Positions 51,941 through 64,000 of a DNA stretch of 64,000 nt are shown here, one piece after another. The DNA is taken from NCBI RefSeq assembly GCF_018350175.1, contig NC_058368.1, positions 123,072,001-123,136,000 on the forward strand, read 5' to 3'. Positions within the stretch are counted from its first letter, which is position 1; every line of letters starts with the position of its first letter. A program made the translations under genes and the position numbers. The notes beneath the pieces were generated by a model that saw only the letters and a list, made by a program, of their open reading frames with translations, made no database searches and was not told where the DNA came from. Source of the DNA: Felis catus (lineage: Eukaryota).

Positions 51941-52766
51941 ATGCAGAGGACCCGAATAGATATTTTTCCAAAGAAGACACACATGGCCAAGAGACACATG
52001 AAAAGATGCTCAAAATCTCCAATCATCAGGGAAATACAAATCAAAACCACAATGATATCTCACCTTACACCTGTCAGAAGGACTAGAGTCAAAAAGATAA
52101 GAAATAACAAGTTTCGGTGAGGATATGGAGAAAAAGAAAGCCTCATACACTGTTGGTGGGAATGCATACTTGTACAACTACGTGGAAGACAGTAGAGAGG
52201 TTCCCTGAAAACTGAAAATAGAGTTACCATATTAGCCAGTAATTGCACTACTAGGTATTTACCCAAAGAAAATGAAAACGCTAATTTGAAAAGATACATG
52301 AAAAGATACATGTTTATGGCAGCATTATTTACAGTAACCAAGATATGGAAGCAGCTTAAGTGTTTATCAATATATTGTGGTATATTTCTCATCCATAAAA
52401 AGAATGAGATCTTGCATTTGCAACAACATGGATGGACCTAGAGGGTATGATATTAAGTGAAGTCAGACAAATATAAATACCATATTATTTCACTTTTATG
52501 TGGAATTCAAGAAACAAAACAAAGGAACAAACAAAGAGAAAAAGAGACAAATATAAAAACAGGCTCTTAAATACAGAGAACAAACCAGTGGCTGCCAGAG
52601 GGGAGCTGGGTTGGGGAATGAGTGAAAAAGGTGAAGGGGATTAAGAGTACACTTTTCCTATGAGTATACTTATGTATAGAATTGTTGAATCATTATATAG
52701 TACACCTGAAACCAATACAACACTGCATGCTAATTGTACTTTGATTGAAAAAAAAAACAAAGAAAA
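51941..52766 (+). mobile_element. L1 3' end (older carnivore/L1MA type)
   Basis: ORF2 C-terminus plus 3'UTR and A tail; TSD aagaaagtggcct. Confidence 0.93.
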
Positions 52767-53459
52767 AAGAAAGTGGCCTGTAGACAGAGTACACTATGAA
52801 ACAGTATGAAATCCTGCTACTTATTTAGTAGGTGATTTAAATATTGGAAATTCTGCCTCTTGAGTTAGTATGTTTCTTGGATAACTTTGCAAGATAGGTG
52901 CAGAACTAGTTTATATTTTTAGGAAATTTAGTTGGCACATTGGTTTCTGTTTTTGCCACCAAGTGGAATTTGTTGTCCATGGTTTTAAACACTCACTCTG
53001 GACAGATATGGAATAATTGTCTCTGGAGAAAGGAAATAGCTCGAAGTATGCAAGAAGTCTGCAAAGATATTTTATGGCCATGCTGTAGAGTAAGGATCCT
53101 TAAACTTCTGGTGTGTGCTCTGGACACCTGTGGTGGTGTGGTAATGCCTGTTATTTTCTTCTCAAAATGCTTGAAATGCATAAAATTACAAGGAAATGAA
53201 TTATAGTGAAATGCAGTTATCAAAATATTATACATTTGTCATCTAATGATACATTTGTTCTTCTTTAATATGCTAATATGTAGTTCAACCCCTCTAATAA
53301 CTACCATAATTCCTGAGTGGCAAAGAATGTTAATATTTCCGGTAATATTATGTGTATATATAATTACCATTGGTGATGAGGTCAGAGTACTACTTGTATT
53401 AAAATGTTTGCTTAATTTTAGTTTTAGATTAGGGAAAGCATTTAAAAATATTTTATTTG

Positions 53460-54380
53460 CAAATTACGTATTGGATACAGGGCTAGTATCTAAAAGCTAT
53501 AAAGAACTCACCAAACTCCACACCTGAAAAACAAATAATCCAGTGAAGAAATGGGCAGAAAACATGAATAGACACTTTTCCAAAAAAGACATCCAGATGA
53601 CCAACAAACACATGAAAAGATGCTCAATGTCACTCATCATCAGGGAAATACAAATCAAAACCACACTGATATACCACCTCACACTGGTCAGAGTGGCTAA
53701 AATGAACAAATCAGGAGACTATACATGCTGGCAAGGGTGTGGAGAAATGGGAACCCTCTTGCACTGTTGGTGGGAATGCAAACTGGGGCAGCCGCTCTGG
53801 AAAACAGTGTGGAGGTTCCTCAAAAAATTAAAAATAGAACTACCCTATTACCCAGCAATAGCACTGCTAGGAATTTACCCAAGGGATACAGGAGTGCTGA
53901 CGCATAGGGGCATATGTACCCCAATGTTTGTAGCAGCACTTTTAACAATAGCCAAATTATGGAAAGAGCCTAAATGTCTATCAGGTGACAAATGGATAAA
54001 AAAGATGTGGTTTATATATACAATGGAATACTACTTGGCAATGAGAAAGAATGAAATCTGGCCATTTGCAGCAACGTGCGTGGAACTGGAGTGTATTATG
54101 CTAAGTGAAATAAGTCAGGCAGAGAAAGACACATACCATATGTTTTCACTCATATGTGGGTCCTGAGAAACTTAACAGAAGACCAGGAGGGAGGAGAAAG
54201 GGGAAAAAAAAGTCACAGGGAGGAGGGGAGGCAAACCATAAGAGACTCTTAAGGACTGAGAACAAACTGAGGGTTGATGGGAGGTGGGGGAAAAGGGAAA
54301 GTGGGTGATGGGCATGGAGGAAGGCACTTGGGATGAGCACTGGGTGTTGTATGGAAACCAATTTGACAAATTATATTTTA
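53460..54380 (+). mobile_element. Felid L1 3' end with 207-aa open ORF2 C-terminus (53543-54166)
   Basis: [10 protein letters not shown] zinc-knuckle region through [11 protein letters not shown] aaaaatattttatttg. Confidence 0.96.
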
Positions 54381-54396
54381 AAAAATATTTTATTTG

Positions 54397-54820
54397 TTAT
54401 ATTTTTAAAAATTTAAATCGAAGTTAGTTAACATATAGTGTGATAATGATTTCAGGAATAGAATTTAGGGATTCATCACTTACATATAACACTCAGTGCT
54501 CATCCCAACAAGTGCCCTCCTTAATGTCCATCACCCATTTAGCCCATCCCCTGACCCACCTCCCCACCAGCAATCCTCAGTGTGTTCTCTGTATTTGTCT
54601 TTTGTGGTTTATCTCCCTCTCTGTTTTTATATTATTTTTGCTTTCCTTCCCTTATGTTCATCTGTTTTGTTTCTTAACTTCCACATATGAGTGAAGTCAT
54701 TTGAAAGTCGTTGTCTTTCTCTGACTGATTTATTTCGCTTAGCAAAATACACTCTAGTTCTAACAATGTTGTTGCAAATGGCAAGATTTCATTCTTTTTG
54801 ATCACCAAGTAATATTTTAT

Positions 54821-54878
<58 letters not shown>

Positions 54879-55317
54879 TACACACCACATCTTCTTTATC
54901 CACTCATCCATCAATGGACATTTAGGTTCTTTCCATACTTTGGCTATTGTTGATGGCACTGCTATAAACACTGGGGTGCATGTACCTCTTTGAATCAGCA
55001 CACCTGTATCCCTTGGATAAATACCTAGTAGTGCAATTGCTGGGTCATAGGGCAGTTCTATTTTTAATGTTTTGAGGAACCTTCATACTATTTTCCAGAG
55101 TGGCTGCCCCAGTTTGCATTCCCACCAGCAGTGCAAAAGGATTCCTCTTTCTCTGCATCCTCGCCAACATATGTTGTTGCCTGAGTTGTTAATCTTAGCC
55201 ATTCTGACAGGTGTGAGGTGGTTTCTTATTGTAGTTTTGATTTGTATTTCCCTGATGATGAGTGATGTTGAGCATTTTTTCATGTGTCTGTTAGCCATAT
55301 GGATATCTTCTTTGGAA
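54397..55317 (-). mobile_element. Carnivore L1 3' end with internal (TA)n(CA)n
   Basis: 3'UTR as at 1231; peptide [17 protein letters not shown]; probable TSD aaaaatatttta. Confidence 0.95.
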
Positions 55318-55559
55318 AAAAATATTTTAAATGATTATTAAATGCCATAAACCATAAAGGTTAAAACCATAAAGGTGAAAAACTCCCTTAGAGAAAATTT
55401 AAGCATGGAGTGGTAGGGTCTGGGAAAGGATAGATTAGATAAACTTTAGAGATGTGTTTTTATACCTAGATTTTATGATCTGTGCTCCTAGAAAATGAAA
55501 TATATCAACCTTCCTCACTAAGGCAATGTTGGTGCTACCACTGTTGATAAGATAGCAGT

Positions 55560-55780
55560 TAGCACTTGTTGACCTCACTATATGCTAAGCACTGTGGTAA
55601 GAGCTTGACATTGATCATTTTATTAATCTTCATAACAAACTGTGGATAGGTATTCCCATTTTTCAAATGGTTAAGTGAATTACTGAAAGAATATATAAGC
55701 TGCTACAAATCTTATGCATCTAGAAGTTGGGTGGGAAACCCAAGAGCGTTTGACTCCAAAGTCTGTGTTTCAAACATTTT
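55560..55780 (-). mobile_element. MIR
   Basis: tatgctaagcactgtggtaagagcttgaca...ttaatcttcataacaa. Confidence 0.75.
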
Positions 55781-56269
55781 ATTAGTGTCTCCTGTACCCT
55801 AATCATTTTCATACCATTTTCATGAATTTTATCATAACACCTATACTATTATTTGCATAATATTTTTCTTTAAATTTATTTATTGTAAAAGAAAAATTCG
55901 TATCACCATCATATTTGGAAAGCTTATCTTACCTGGCATAAAGAGAAGGTAATCCTAAGAATATAAGTAGAATAAAACAAAACAAAACTATCCACTCTCA
56001 ATTTCTTAGAAACAGAGATTATCAAGTCACAGAGGTTTTAAAGTTATATTAACACCATATAGAGACTTTCTCTTTGAAATAAATAAAAATATTTTTTTAA
56101 TTGTTAATGGAATTATTTTTCAATGGAAAAATGTGATTCAACATTACCTAAATTCAACAAGGGTAGAAGCTCCCAGACTTTGAGAACTGCTTCCCTACTC
56201 TGCCACAGGGCCATGGGCCAAAGTTACTGGTGCAGAAAACAAGTAGCAGCTATAGCAACATTAGCACTA

Positions 56270-56348
56270 TTTTTTGTTTTTATTTTAAGTTTATTTATTT
56301 TCTTTTGAGAGAGTGTGTGTGCATGTGATTGAGCAGGGGAGGGTCAGA

Positions 56349-56406
<58 letters not shown>

Positions 56407-56530
56407 CCTAAGCAGGCTCTGTACTGTCTGTGCAGAGCCCACAGTGGGGCTCAAACCCACAAACCATGAGATCATGACCTGAGCCAAAATCAAGAGTCAG
56501 ACACTTAACTGACTGAGCCACCCAGGTGTG
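56270..56530 (-). mobile_element. Can-SINE with (AG)n
   Basis: TSD aca(t/c)tagcact. Confidence 0.93.
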
Positions 56531-57424
56531 CTGACACTAGCACTGTTTGAGGAGGCAGAGACTAGGAGGCATAAGCATTTATCAGTTGCAGTGGAGTAAC
56601 ATAATAGTATTTCACTGGATTCTGCCTCTGCCGTTTATTGCCTGGTTTTATCACCTATAAAAATCAAAGAGAGTGAAAATAAATATTTCAAGATGACTTC
56701 TATCTCTAATGCTTTAAATAACCTGGTGAAATTTTATTGAACTTGCTACTTTTTGCAGCCACCTAAAAGAAATTAGGAAGGACATGTATTTACATGTTAT
56801 ATTCAGTTTTGCTCCTGAAAGAATTTAGAGATGGTGGGAAATGGTAACCAAAAAAAAAAAAAAAAAGGGGGGGGGTGGTTTCAAGGACACTGAAACAGAG
56901 AAATGAGAATATTCTATTCCCTTGTCTTGATGAACATTTCTTTTCTCAAAGCTAGAAATCCCAGAGCACTTGACTGAGCTGCAGGGTCTAGGAAAATTCT
57001 CTTCCCGAGTGGGTCTTGGGATCGTCCTTGGGAAGGATAGGTCAGCTCACCAGAAGCTAACAGTAAAGAGACTGATGCATAGAGATAAAAAGTGACCTCT
57101 TCAAAGTCATAGAGTAAAGTAGACTCAGGAAGGAGGAGGAAAGCTCCAGAATTCTCAGGTATCCATAGGTACTCCCACCCATGGTGTAATTTTGGGATTG
57201 TTGCATAAGTCTTAGACCTTACACTTTCTGGTCACTGGTTTTTCCTATCTATTCAATGAAGGCTTCTAGATGGAATAACTTCTAGAAGGTCTTTGTTCAT
57301 GTGCACGTATTAGTAAGATTTTCACCTTTCCCCCCTAATGATGTCTTAAATGTCAGAAGGCAGAGTAGCTTATCAATGTGTTAATAGGCAGTAGACAAAA
57401 ACAAACAAACAAACAAACAAATGG

Positions 57425-57820
57425 CAGTGAAATGATCAATTCTTGGCTCCATTGAAGTATGCAGATTCAGTGGGCCTAGATGGAGCTGAAGAGTTTGCAT
57501 TTTTAATAAGCATCCCAGGTGATTTTGTTGTGAATAGACCATGGGCCACATTTTGAAAAACAGTGGTTGAATCATTAAAAGTACAGGCTTTGGAGACAAA
57601 AGAGTCTGGGCCCAATTCTTTTCATCTGTTATTACTTATATACCTGGGGCAAATTGCTTAATCTCCTCTGAGTTTCAGTTTCCTCATCTGTAAAATCATT
57701 AATGATAATAATAGTAATAATAATACCACCTACCTCAGGGGCTTTCCGGTGATAAATAAGATTGTATCTGTAACGTGGATAAGTACTTAATATAAGAGAT
57801 CATATTTGTTATTATTTATT
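57425..57820. mobile_element. MER5A fragment (57425-57566) followed by MIR (57570-57820, plus)
   Basis: gattcagtgggcctag...ttgcatttttaataagcatcccaggtgatt...tttgaaaaacagtg; ctctgagtttcagtttcctcatctgtaaaat. Confidence 0.8.
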
Positions 57821-58609
57821 TTTAACTAAGCTTTGGGTTCCATTTTCAATGATCCATTTTTATTCTGGATAGAGAGTTGTCTCTCATATGTTCAGCAAAC
57901 ATAGCTTGTAGTTAGTTAGCTGTCAAGTCTTGTTAGACTGCCCTTCGGATACTAGCCATGCTACCTATGTATGTCTTCATGCAATTCCATTTTTCTGCTG
58001 GAATATAACATCTATATTGCCCTGGGTGTTGAAACCACTTCTACATAACAGAGTGAACAATGAAGAGTCTCCATTCTACTACTGCTAAGATGGAAATGTG
58101 CGTATGTTTATTATACTTATTTATGATATCTCAATATACATGTATATATAGCCATTCATTAGCCCTGATCTAATGTGTTGGACCATCCTTCCATTCTACT
58201 TTGTATAGGATAGAAAGAAAAATACATTATAATAATTGACATGTCTGTCTCTACCCCTTTACCCACAACACACTTTCATGAATTTATGCTGTTATACTCA
58301 CTGTCTAGAACACTATCCAGCATGTAGCACTTGCTCAGTGACTGCTAAATTGATTAATGAACTTTGTAAATGAGTTACTAAAAATAATACACTGTTACTG
58401 TGATCACTTCACAAATGATCATTTTCTGTCATTCACGTTAATAGACCATGGAAATGTACTAATTGTATTTTCAATCTAAAATATCAGGTGTTGGCTTCAA
58501 TTTTGAAGAAATTTATAAGGAAAATGCTATCATCTAACTTTAGGACTTCCACTGAAGAATTCCTTTGGGTCCTATTCCTGCACTAGAGATATGCCCATGT
58601 GTTGGCCCC

Positions 58610-59045
58610 TGGTGACCATTGTTGTTTCCGTACTCAGCATGTATTCCACTCTCCGCCTAACAGAAGGCTGATTTTTGTCCATTGTTCATCTCTGCATATA
58701 GCCTTGTGCCTCTAGGAAGCTGACCTTACCTACAGGCCCAGGCTGGGCCTCACTGACATAAGGGAAGTACTATTCTCCTTGCCAGTGCTTAGCTTCAGGA
58801 ATGACCTGAACTCAGTACAGACCGGTGGTATCTGTGCTGGGCTTCTGGAAAAGGTTCCTCTCTTCTAACAGATGCCTGAAGAAGAAATGGTCTTTTGTCG
58901 TCTTGCTCCATGCCTGGAGCTGCTGCAGCCAGTTGGCCTCCTGCATGAGGAAGATGCAAGCCATGCTGCCGAGTCACCCATTCCTGAAGCCTGCTCCACC
59001 TCTAGACTTCCTGTTCTGTGAAATAATGACTCCCTTTCTGATTAA
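58610..59045 (+). mobile_element. Ancient MaLR LTR (MLT1J/K-like)
   Basis: atgcctggagctgctgcagcca...cacctctagacttcctgttctgtgaaataat. Confidence 0.68.
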
Positions 59046-59329
59046 TATCTAATTGACACAGGCTGTTTTCACACAGGCCACTTTGCAAACCATGTAAAAG
59101 TAGTGGTTCCCAGGGAAGGGGATCAAGTTTCTGTGGTGAGACGGGGTTCCTAAAGTTTTGCAAACTGCATGCACATTAGGTATTGTTGGTAGACCAAGAA
59201 CACGAAGATACAATTTCTGATTCATGGAATCCTTAAAATGATTTAATAATTTAAAAATAGAGTGCTCTGAGAACATCAGAGAATAACAAAATAATGGAAA
59301 TTCACTCTTGGGGAATAAAATTTATGTCT

Positions 59330-62300
59330 CAGAGCAAGTCTTCAACTAGTAGCCTGGGCTTTTCCAGTCCCTATACAGGGGACCTCAGGCAAAATATTTA
59401 ACCTTGCCAAGATACTTGTTTGTAAAATGAGAAAAATACATCATCAACTTGTCTTCCTAGCAGTGTTATGTGAGGATAAAATGAAACACAACAAATAGTC
59501 ATTGAAAATACACAACACATTCCACATGGAAGAGATCATTTTTGTTATATTATTGCTAAAGCTAATTTATTCATTTGCTATGCCCCCCCATCCCTCCCAC
59601 CCATTTCCAGATTGATTCTTGGTCACTGCTTTTCACGTAGCAATTTGAAAAACATTTCCCTTTTTAAAATTTGCCAGTTTTTCATTTACTTTCGATGATA
59701 ATACTTCAGCATAAAAATGTCAGTTCATCAGATCCCGAAATCCTAGCTTATGTTAGACATTGTATACACCCAGATGATTATGGCTGATTATTCCCACCCC
59801 ATCTATAAATTAAAGACTCATTAAAGTGACCACATCCTCAGTTCAAAGACTTCCAATTCACAGGCCTTATATCTAGGATTGGCGCTTAAATTTCATAAGG
59901 CAAAGTTGCACATATATTTTCTACAAAAAAAAAAAAAAAATCCTGGGAGATCTGAGGAAAAAAAATAGAGAAAAACAAAAATCTGATTTGTTCTTTTTAA
60001 AATGTAACTTGAAACTGAAATCGCAAAATGGAATACTGAGACACAGAACAGTAAGCCGTACCATCCACAGACTTGGGAGGTACGATGTCATGAATGCCAG
60101 GTATGTGAACCATGGCAGATGCATTCAGGAGGAAGGGGAAGGAGGAAGGGCAGGTATGGTACACCCTCGAGAAGTGTTGCCATTATGAGACAGTACAGCT
60201 GAATCAAACTGGGCACAGAGAGCTAAAACAGAAGTGTCTATGAATCCATCTATCCAGACATGAATGCATACATATATACATGCATCTACATACTTACTAC
60301 AGACTAATATTAGTAATACTAATAATATAGAATATAAACTATTGCTGAATACATGATCTCTTATTTTCCTTATAGGCCTGAGGCTTAGCCAGGGATTATT
60401 AGTATTTCATATGAAGAAAAAAAAAATGAAGCTCAGAAAGATTAAATGATTTATCTCAAGTTGTAGAGCTGGTCAGGTTAGCATTGGAATTTCAGCTGAT
60501 ATCTCTGGACTCAGAGTCCAAGGCCCATTCCACTCTCTGTCCAGGATCACGGAGTCTCAAATGTTTTCAGAAATCTTGAAGTAATGTAGTCTAACCCAAA
60601 ATGAATTTAAAGATTAATTCTACATTTGATTAATGAGTTGGTCACTTCATCATTTTATACTCCAAAGAAAATAGAAATACAGTTACTGTAGCTAATGGGA
60701 TGTATCCATTTTTCACCATCCCCCTTATCAAACAAATGTTCATAATACTGAAAACACAGTAATCAATCTAGTATCTTGCTTTCATTTTTTTCTGGCTCAT
60801 AAATAATCAGATTTTACCCCATGCTAATAAAATAAAATATAAAATAATAAGAAGAAAACCTTCAGTTTGCTTAAGTCCTGAGAGGAACAGCACATTGGGT
60901 GCTGATGCCCAGCTTTGACAGTGACTCACTGTGTGACCTTGGGCAAGTCATTTATTCTTTCTGTGCATCACTGTGTCATCTGTAACATGAGGGAGTTACA
61001 AGAGATGACCCTTGAGGCCCTTCCTACTCAAAATTCTGTATCACTCTCAAGAGCTAAATGGGAGTGATTGTATCTTCAAGCAAGAGCACAGAATGAGTGA
61101 CTTCTGGAGGGTTTTTCTTTTCCTCTTTTGATTTTCCATTAAAAAATAGGAAAGGTTGGATAGAAGCCTCCATATTCACTGAGTCTTATTTCAGTGGTGG
61201 TGATTGATCTTGCTTCTCTAGGGAAATGTCAGATATTGATATGGCTTAGCCAAAACTGGGGAAACCCAGGGTACCCTAGGAGGAAAATTCATTTTACCAC
61301 TGTACATTTTCAATATCTTTAACAAAATCTTTCCTTTCCTGATTCCTGTCCAGACTTACCCCAGATCTTACTTCATTATTACCTCATTCCTTGTTCCTCT
61401 CCTTCCATTAATTATATAATTTTATTCAAATCTACTGGGTCATATACTCTGGATCATTGATGTGGCTACTTCATACACTGAATTGATTATTGCTCTACTG
61501 TATGGGCCAACATGGTACAAAGAGGTGATGAGTAAGGGTGAAGAGGCTGATAACATCTTAGCCTCAAGCCCTCATACGGAACTGAATTTCTATGCACTTC
61601 AACATTGTGATGAATCAGGCTCAGTGCATTTAATTTTCTGTATTCCTTGCCTAACTTAAATGCATTTGAGGGGAACTTAAATGTACAGTGCTTTAGTGTT
61701 TGAAACCTGAGTTTCATGGTTTTGCCACTTGCTAGCTATATTAAACCCAGACTAATCAAATTATCTGTGCCTCAGCCATCCTCAACCAGAGAGTGGGATT
61801 TATGATCTATGTGGTGTCAATTTCACAGAGCTTCTGGGAAGATCAAATATAATTCCAAGCATAGCCTGGTTAACTTTAGTGGAATTTAATGACTGGAGAG
61901 TCTGGAACTTGGAACTTCATCCACCCACTTGAATGGGACAGTGGTGGGCAGGGACTCAGCTGCAGATGGTGCAGTTAGGAATTTCAGCCAGCCAACACAG
62001 TTCAATATTTCTAAGAAGACTATGGCGAGAGGCAAGTAATGGTTAAAGTAGACTGTCTAACTGACTAGTTAAGAGCATAGCTCTTAAAGCTTCACAGGCC
62101 TGATTTCAAAGTTTCCACTTATTAGCTGTGTGACTTGAGTGAGTGTTTAGTCTTTGTGGCCTCGGTTTACATATCTATAAAATGAAAGTAATAATATTTT
62201 TCCTGCAGAACTTTTGTGAGATATACATACATGTAAGGCACTTAACAATCTCCTAGACACAGTAATTGTATTGCTGTTAGCATTAAGGGAGTTTAATATT

Positions 62301-63950
62301 AAATTTGGGGGGAGTGGTTCTTACGGCTAAGCATTATGGCAGGAAGTGGAGAGGACATTACTTGGGCATCCTGTCAAGTGAAAGCATCAGGGAACTCTGT
62401 CTCTGTGTTCCAGAGCACGTACCTGTGCTCTACCTAATGTTCTGGACTGTGGGGAGGTGGGGAACCGGCATTGCAAATCCCTACACTTCAAGGGGCTGAT
62501 AGTTCTTTTGGGTAAACGAGACCAAGTAGAAGTGAAGTTAGCTGCCTAGGCCCCTAAGTGTGAAGGAGAATATGAAGAAAAGTGCCTCAGGGGGATCCCT
62601 GAGAGTGCTAGGCTGGGGTGGATCTGAATCTGGGGCCCTGAAGCCTCAGCAGAAGAACATAGCAACCAAGAACTACCTGGGGTCTGATAAAAAGATTCTG
62701 AACATTTTAAAAACTACAAAGTGCTAAATTTATATAAGATGGTATTAGTATCAATAGAAGGAATGTGAACTCAGTTTCTTTCCAGGAGAAAGAGCATAGT
62801 GGACACTGTTTGAAATAGGCCTGTGATGTCATACAGACACCTGCAAGGAAGCATCTGCTGGGAAAAGGATATACATAGGCAGATGGCAGGCATGGGAGTA
62901 AGTTCCTGAAGCCCCAGAGATTGGACAGTCATATGATACTCTCCCCTACATAGTTTCAAAGTCTCAGTCTGGCAAGAGATGCTTGGCTTTCATTTTTCCT
63001 CTTCTTTTTTTAAGGAAACACAGACTTTGGCTGTGCAGTGAATGAAACCATATAGATAAGCACTGGCAAACACATGTTCTAGTTTTCATACCTCGTACAG
63101 AGAATTTTAAGTTTCATTAAGTACAATTTCTTTATCTGCCAGATGAGGACATAGTGGTACAGTGAGAATAATTGTGGCCTTTTATCTATATAACCTCCTA
63201 CAAACCACTTAACCTTCCTGAGTTATTGTCTCCTGATAGGAGAGAGAAGAAGGTAATTGTGCCAATATATGTTAGTGTTTTTGTCTTGATCAAACGAGAT
63301 AATTTATGTGAAAGCACTTATAAATGGTGAAGTATACCTTGTAGATAAATGGTTAACTAGTGAGTGAGATTCTAAGATACCATAAATCTGGCTAGAGGAT
63401 CAGTTTCTTTCCTACTTCTGGGATATGCTGACTGGTATTAGCTGTTTGCTTCTAAATTAAATGAAAGGTCTAAATCCTGGATTTTTCCTGTCTACTCCCT
63501 TAGAGGTGTGTTTCTCAAATATCATATTAATGAGAATTACCTGGGGAAATTGTTAAAATGCAGTTTTTATAATCCTTTCCAGAGAGATTCTCAGTAAGTC
63601 TAGGTTAGTGCCCAGGACTCCAGTTCTGGTGGACCATGGACCTCATTTACAGAAATGTAAGTTGAAATTTGTCCCTGGTGAATCAATATGCTATTAAATG
63701 CTTGGCCATACATGTTGTGGCACAAGGGCCTGAAGCTGAGAATCTGGAGACCTGGAATTTATTCCTGGCTCAAATACCAACCCAGCGCTTAGTACAAGGT
63801 AGGAGTTCAATAAATATTTACCCTAATGAATGGATGAAATAACTTGTCCTGTCACCTGGCTAAGTACTACTTCCCCTCTCCAGGCATCTGTCTCCTCATT
63901 AATAAAATTAAGGGGATGAACTAGATAATCTCTAGTACCATACCATGTCC
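59330..63950. mobile_element. Scattered MIR/MIR3 fragments (about 59330, 60370, 60880, 61680, 62060, 63150, 63700) and MER5A (63507-63660)
   Basis: Repeated MIR core motifs (ctgtgtgaccttgggcaagtca); gagaattacctggggaaattgttaaaatgcag. Confidence 0.65.
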
Positions 63951-64000
63951 AGCTTTGCATGTCTTTGACCCTTCCAACTTGAAACCTGCTGTGGACATAA

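Noticed and set aside
53543..54166. 207-aa ORF as a gene
   Set aside because: It is the C-terminal part of L1 ORF2 in a 5'-truncated copy, without promoter, endonuclease or RT domains.
48140..55317. Segmental duplication between L1 pieces at 48.1 kb and 54.9 kb
   Set aside because: Similarity is confined to L1 sequence and is explained by shared subfamily.
55800..56190. Probable hAT-Charlie fragment (also about 16375-16690 and 15100-15175)
   Set aside because: DNA-transposon-like but the family and boundaries could not be supported without a search.

Overview
Mammalian non-coding DNA, very likely from a felid (cat family), judged from many tRNA-derived Can-SINEs including a near-consensus SINEC_Fc copy. 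I recognise no cellular protein-coding gene; the long ORFs in the track are L1 ORF2 remnants, repeat read-throughs or microsatellites. The window is dominated by interspersed repeats: carnivore and older L1s, Can-SINEs, MIR/L2/L3, MLT1 LTRs and Tigger/hAT fossils. Repeat family names come from my memory of consensus sequences, not from a database search. The most interesting structures are: (1) a 56-nt ungapped inverted pair about 2 kb apart within ancient L3/CR1 relics, much more similar to each other than expected and a candidate long-range RNA duplex; (2) a 38-nt tailless U3 snoRNA retrocopy with a target-site duplication; (3) two opposite-orientation L1s inserted at one palindromic target; (4) a twin-primed L1 fused tail-to-tail to another L1, containing a perfect 60-bp palindrome; (5) a Tigger/MER82-type element apparently carrying a captured MIR fragment; (6) several template-switch scars, a 204-bp tandem duplication and a convergent CTCF-motif pair. 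The sequence alone does not support a new multi-gene system.
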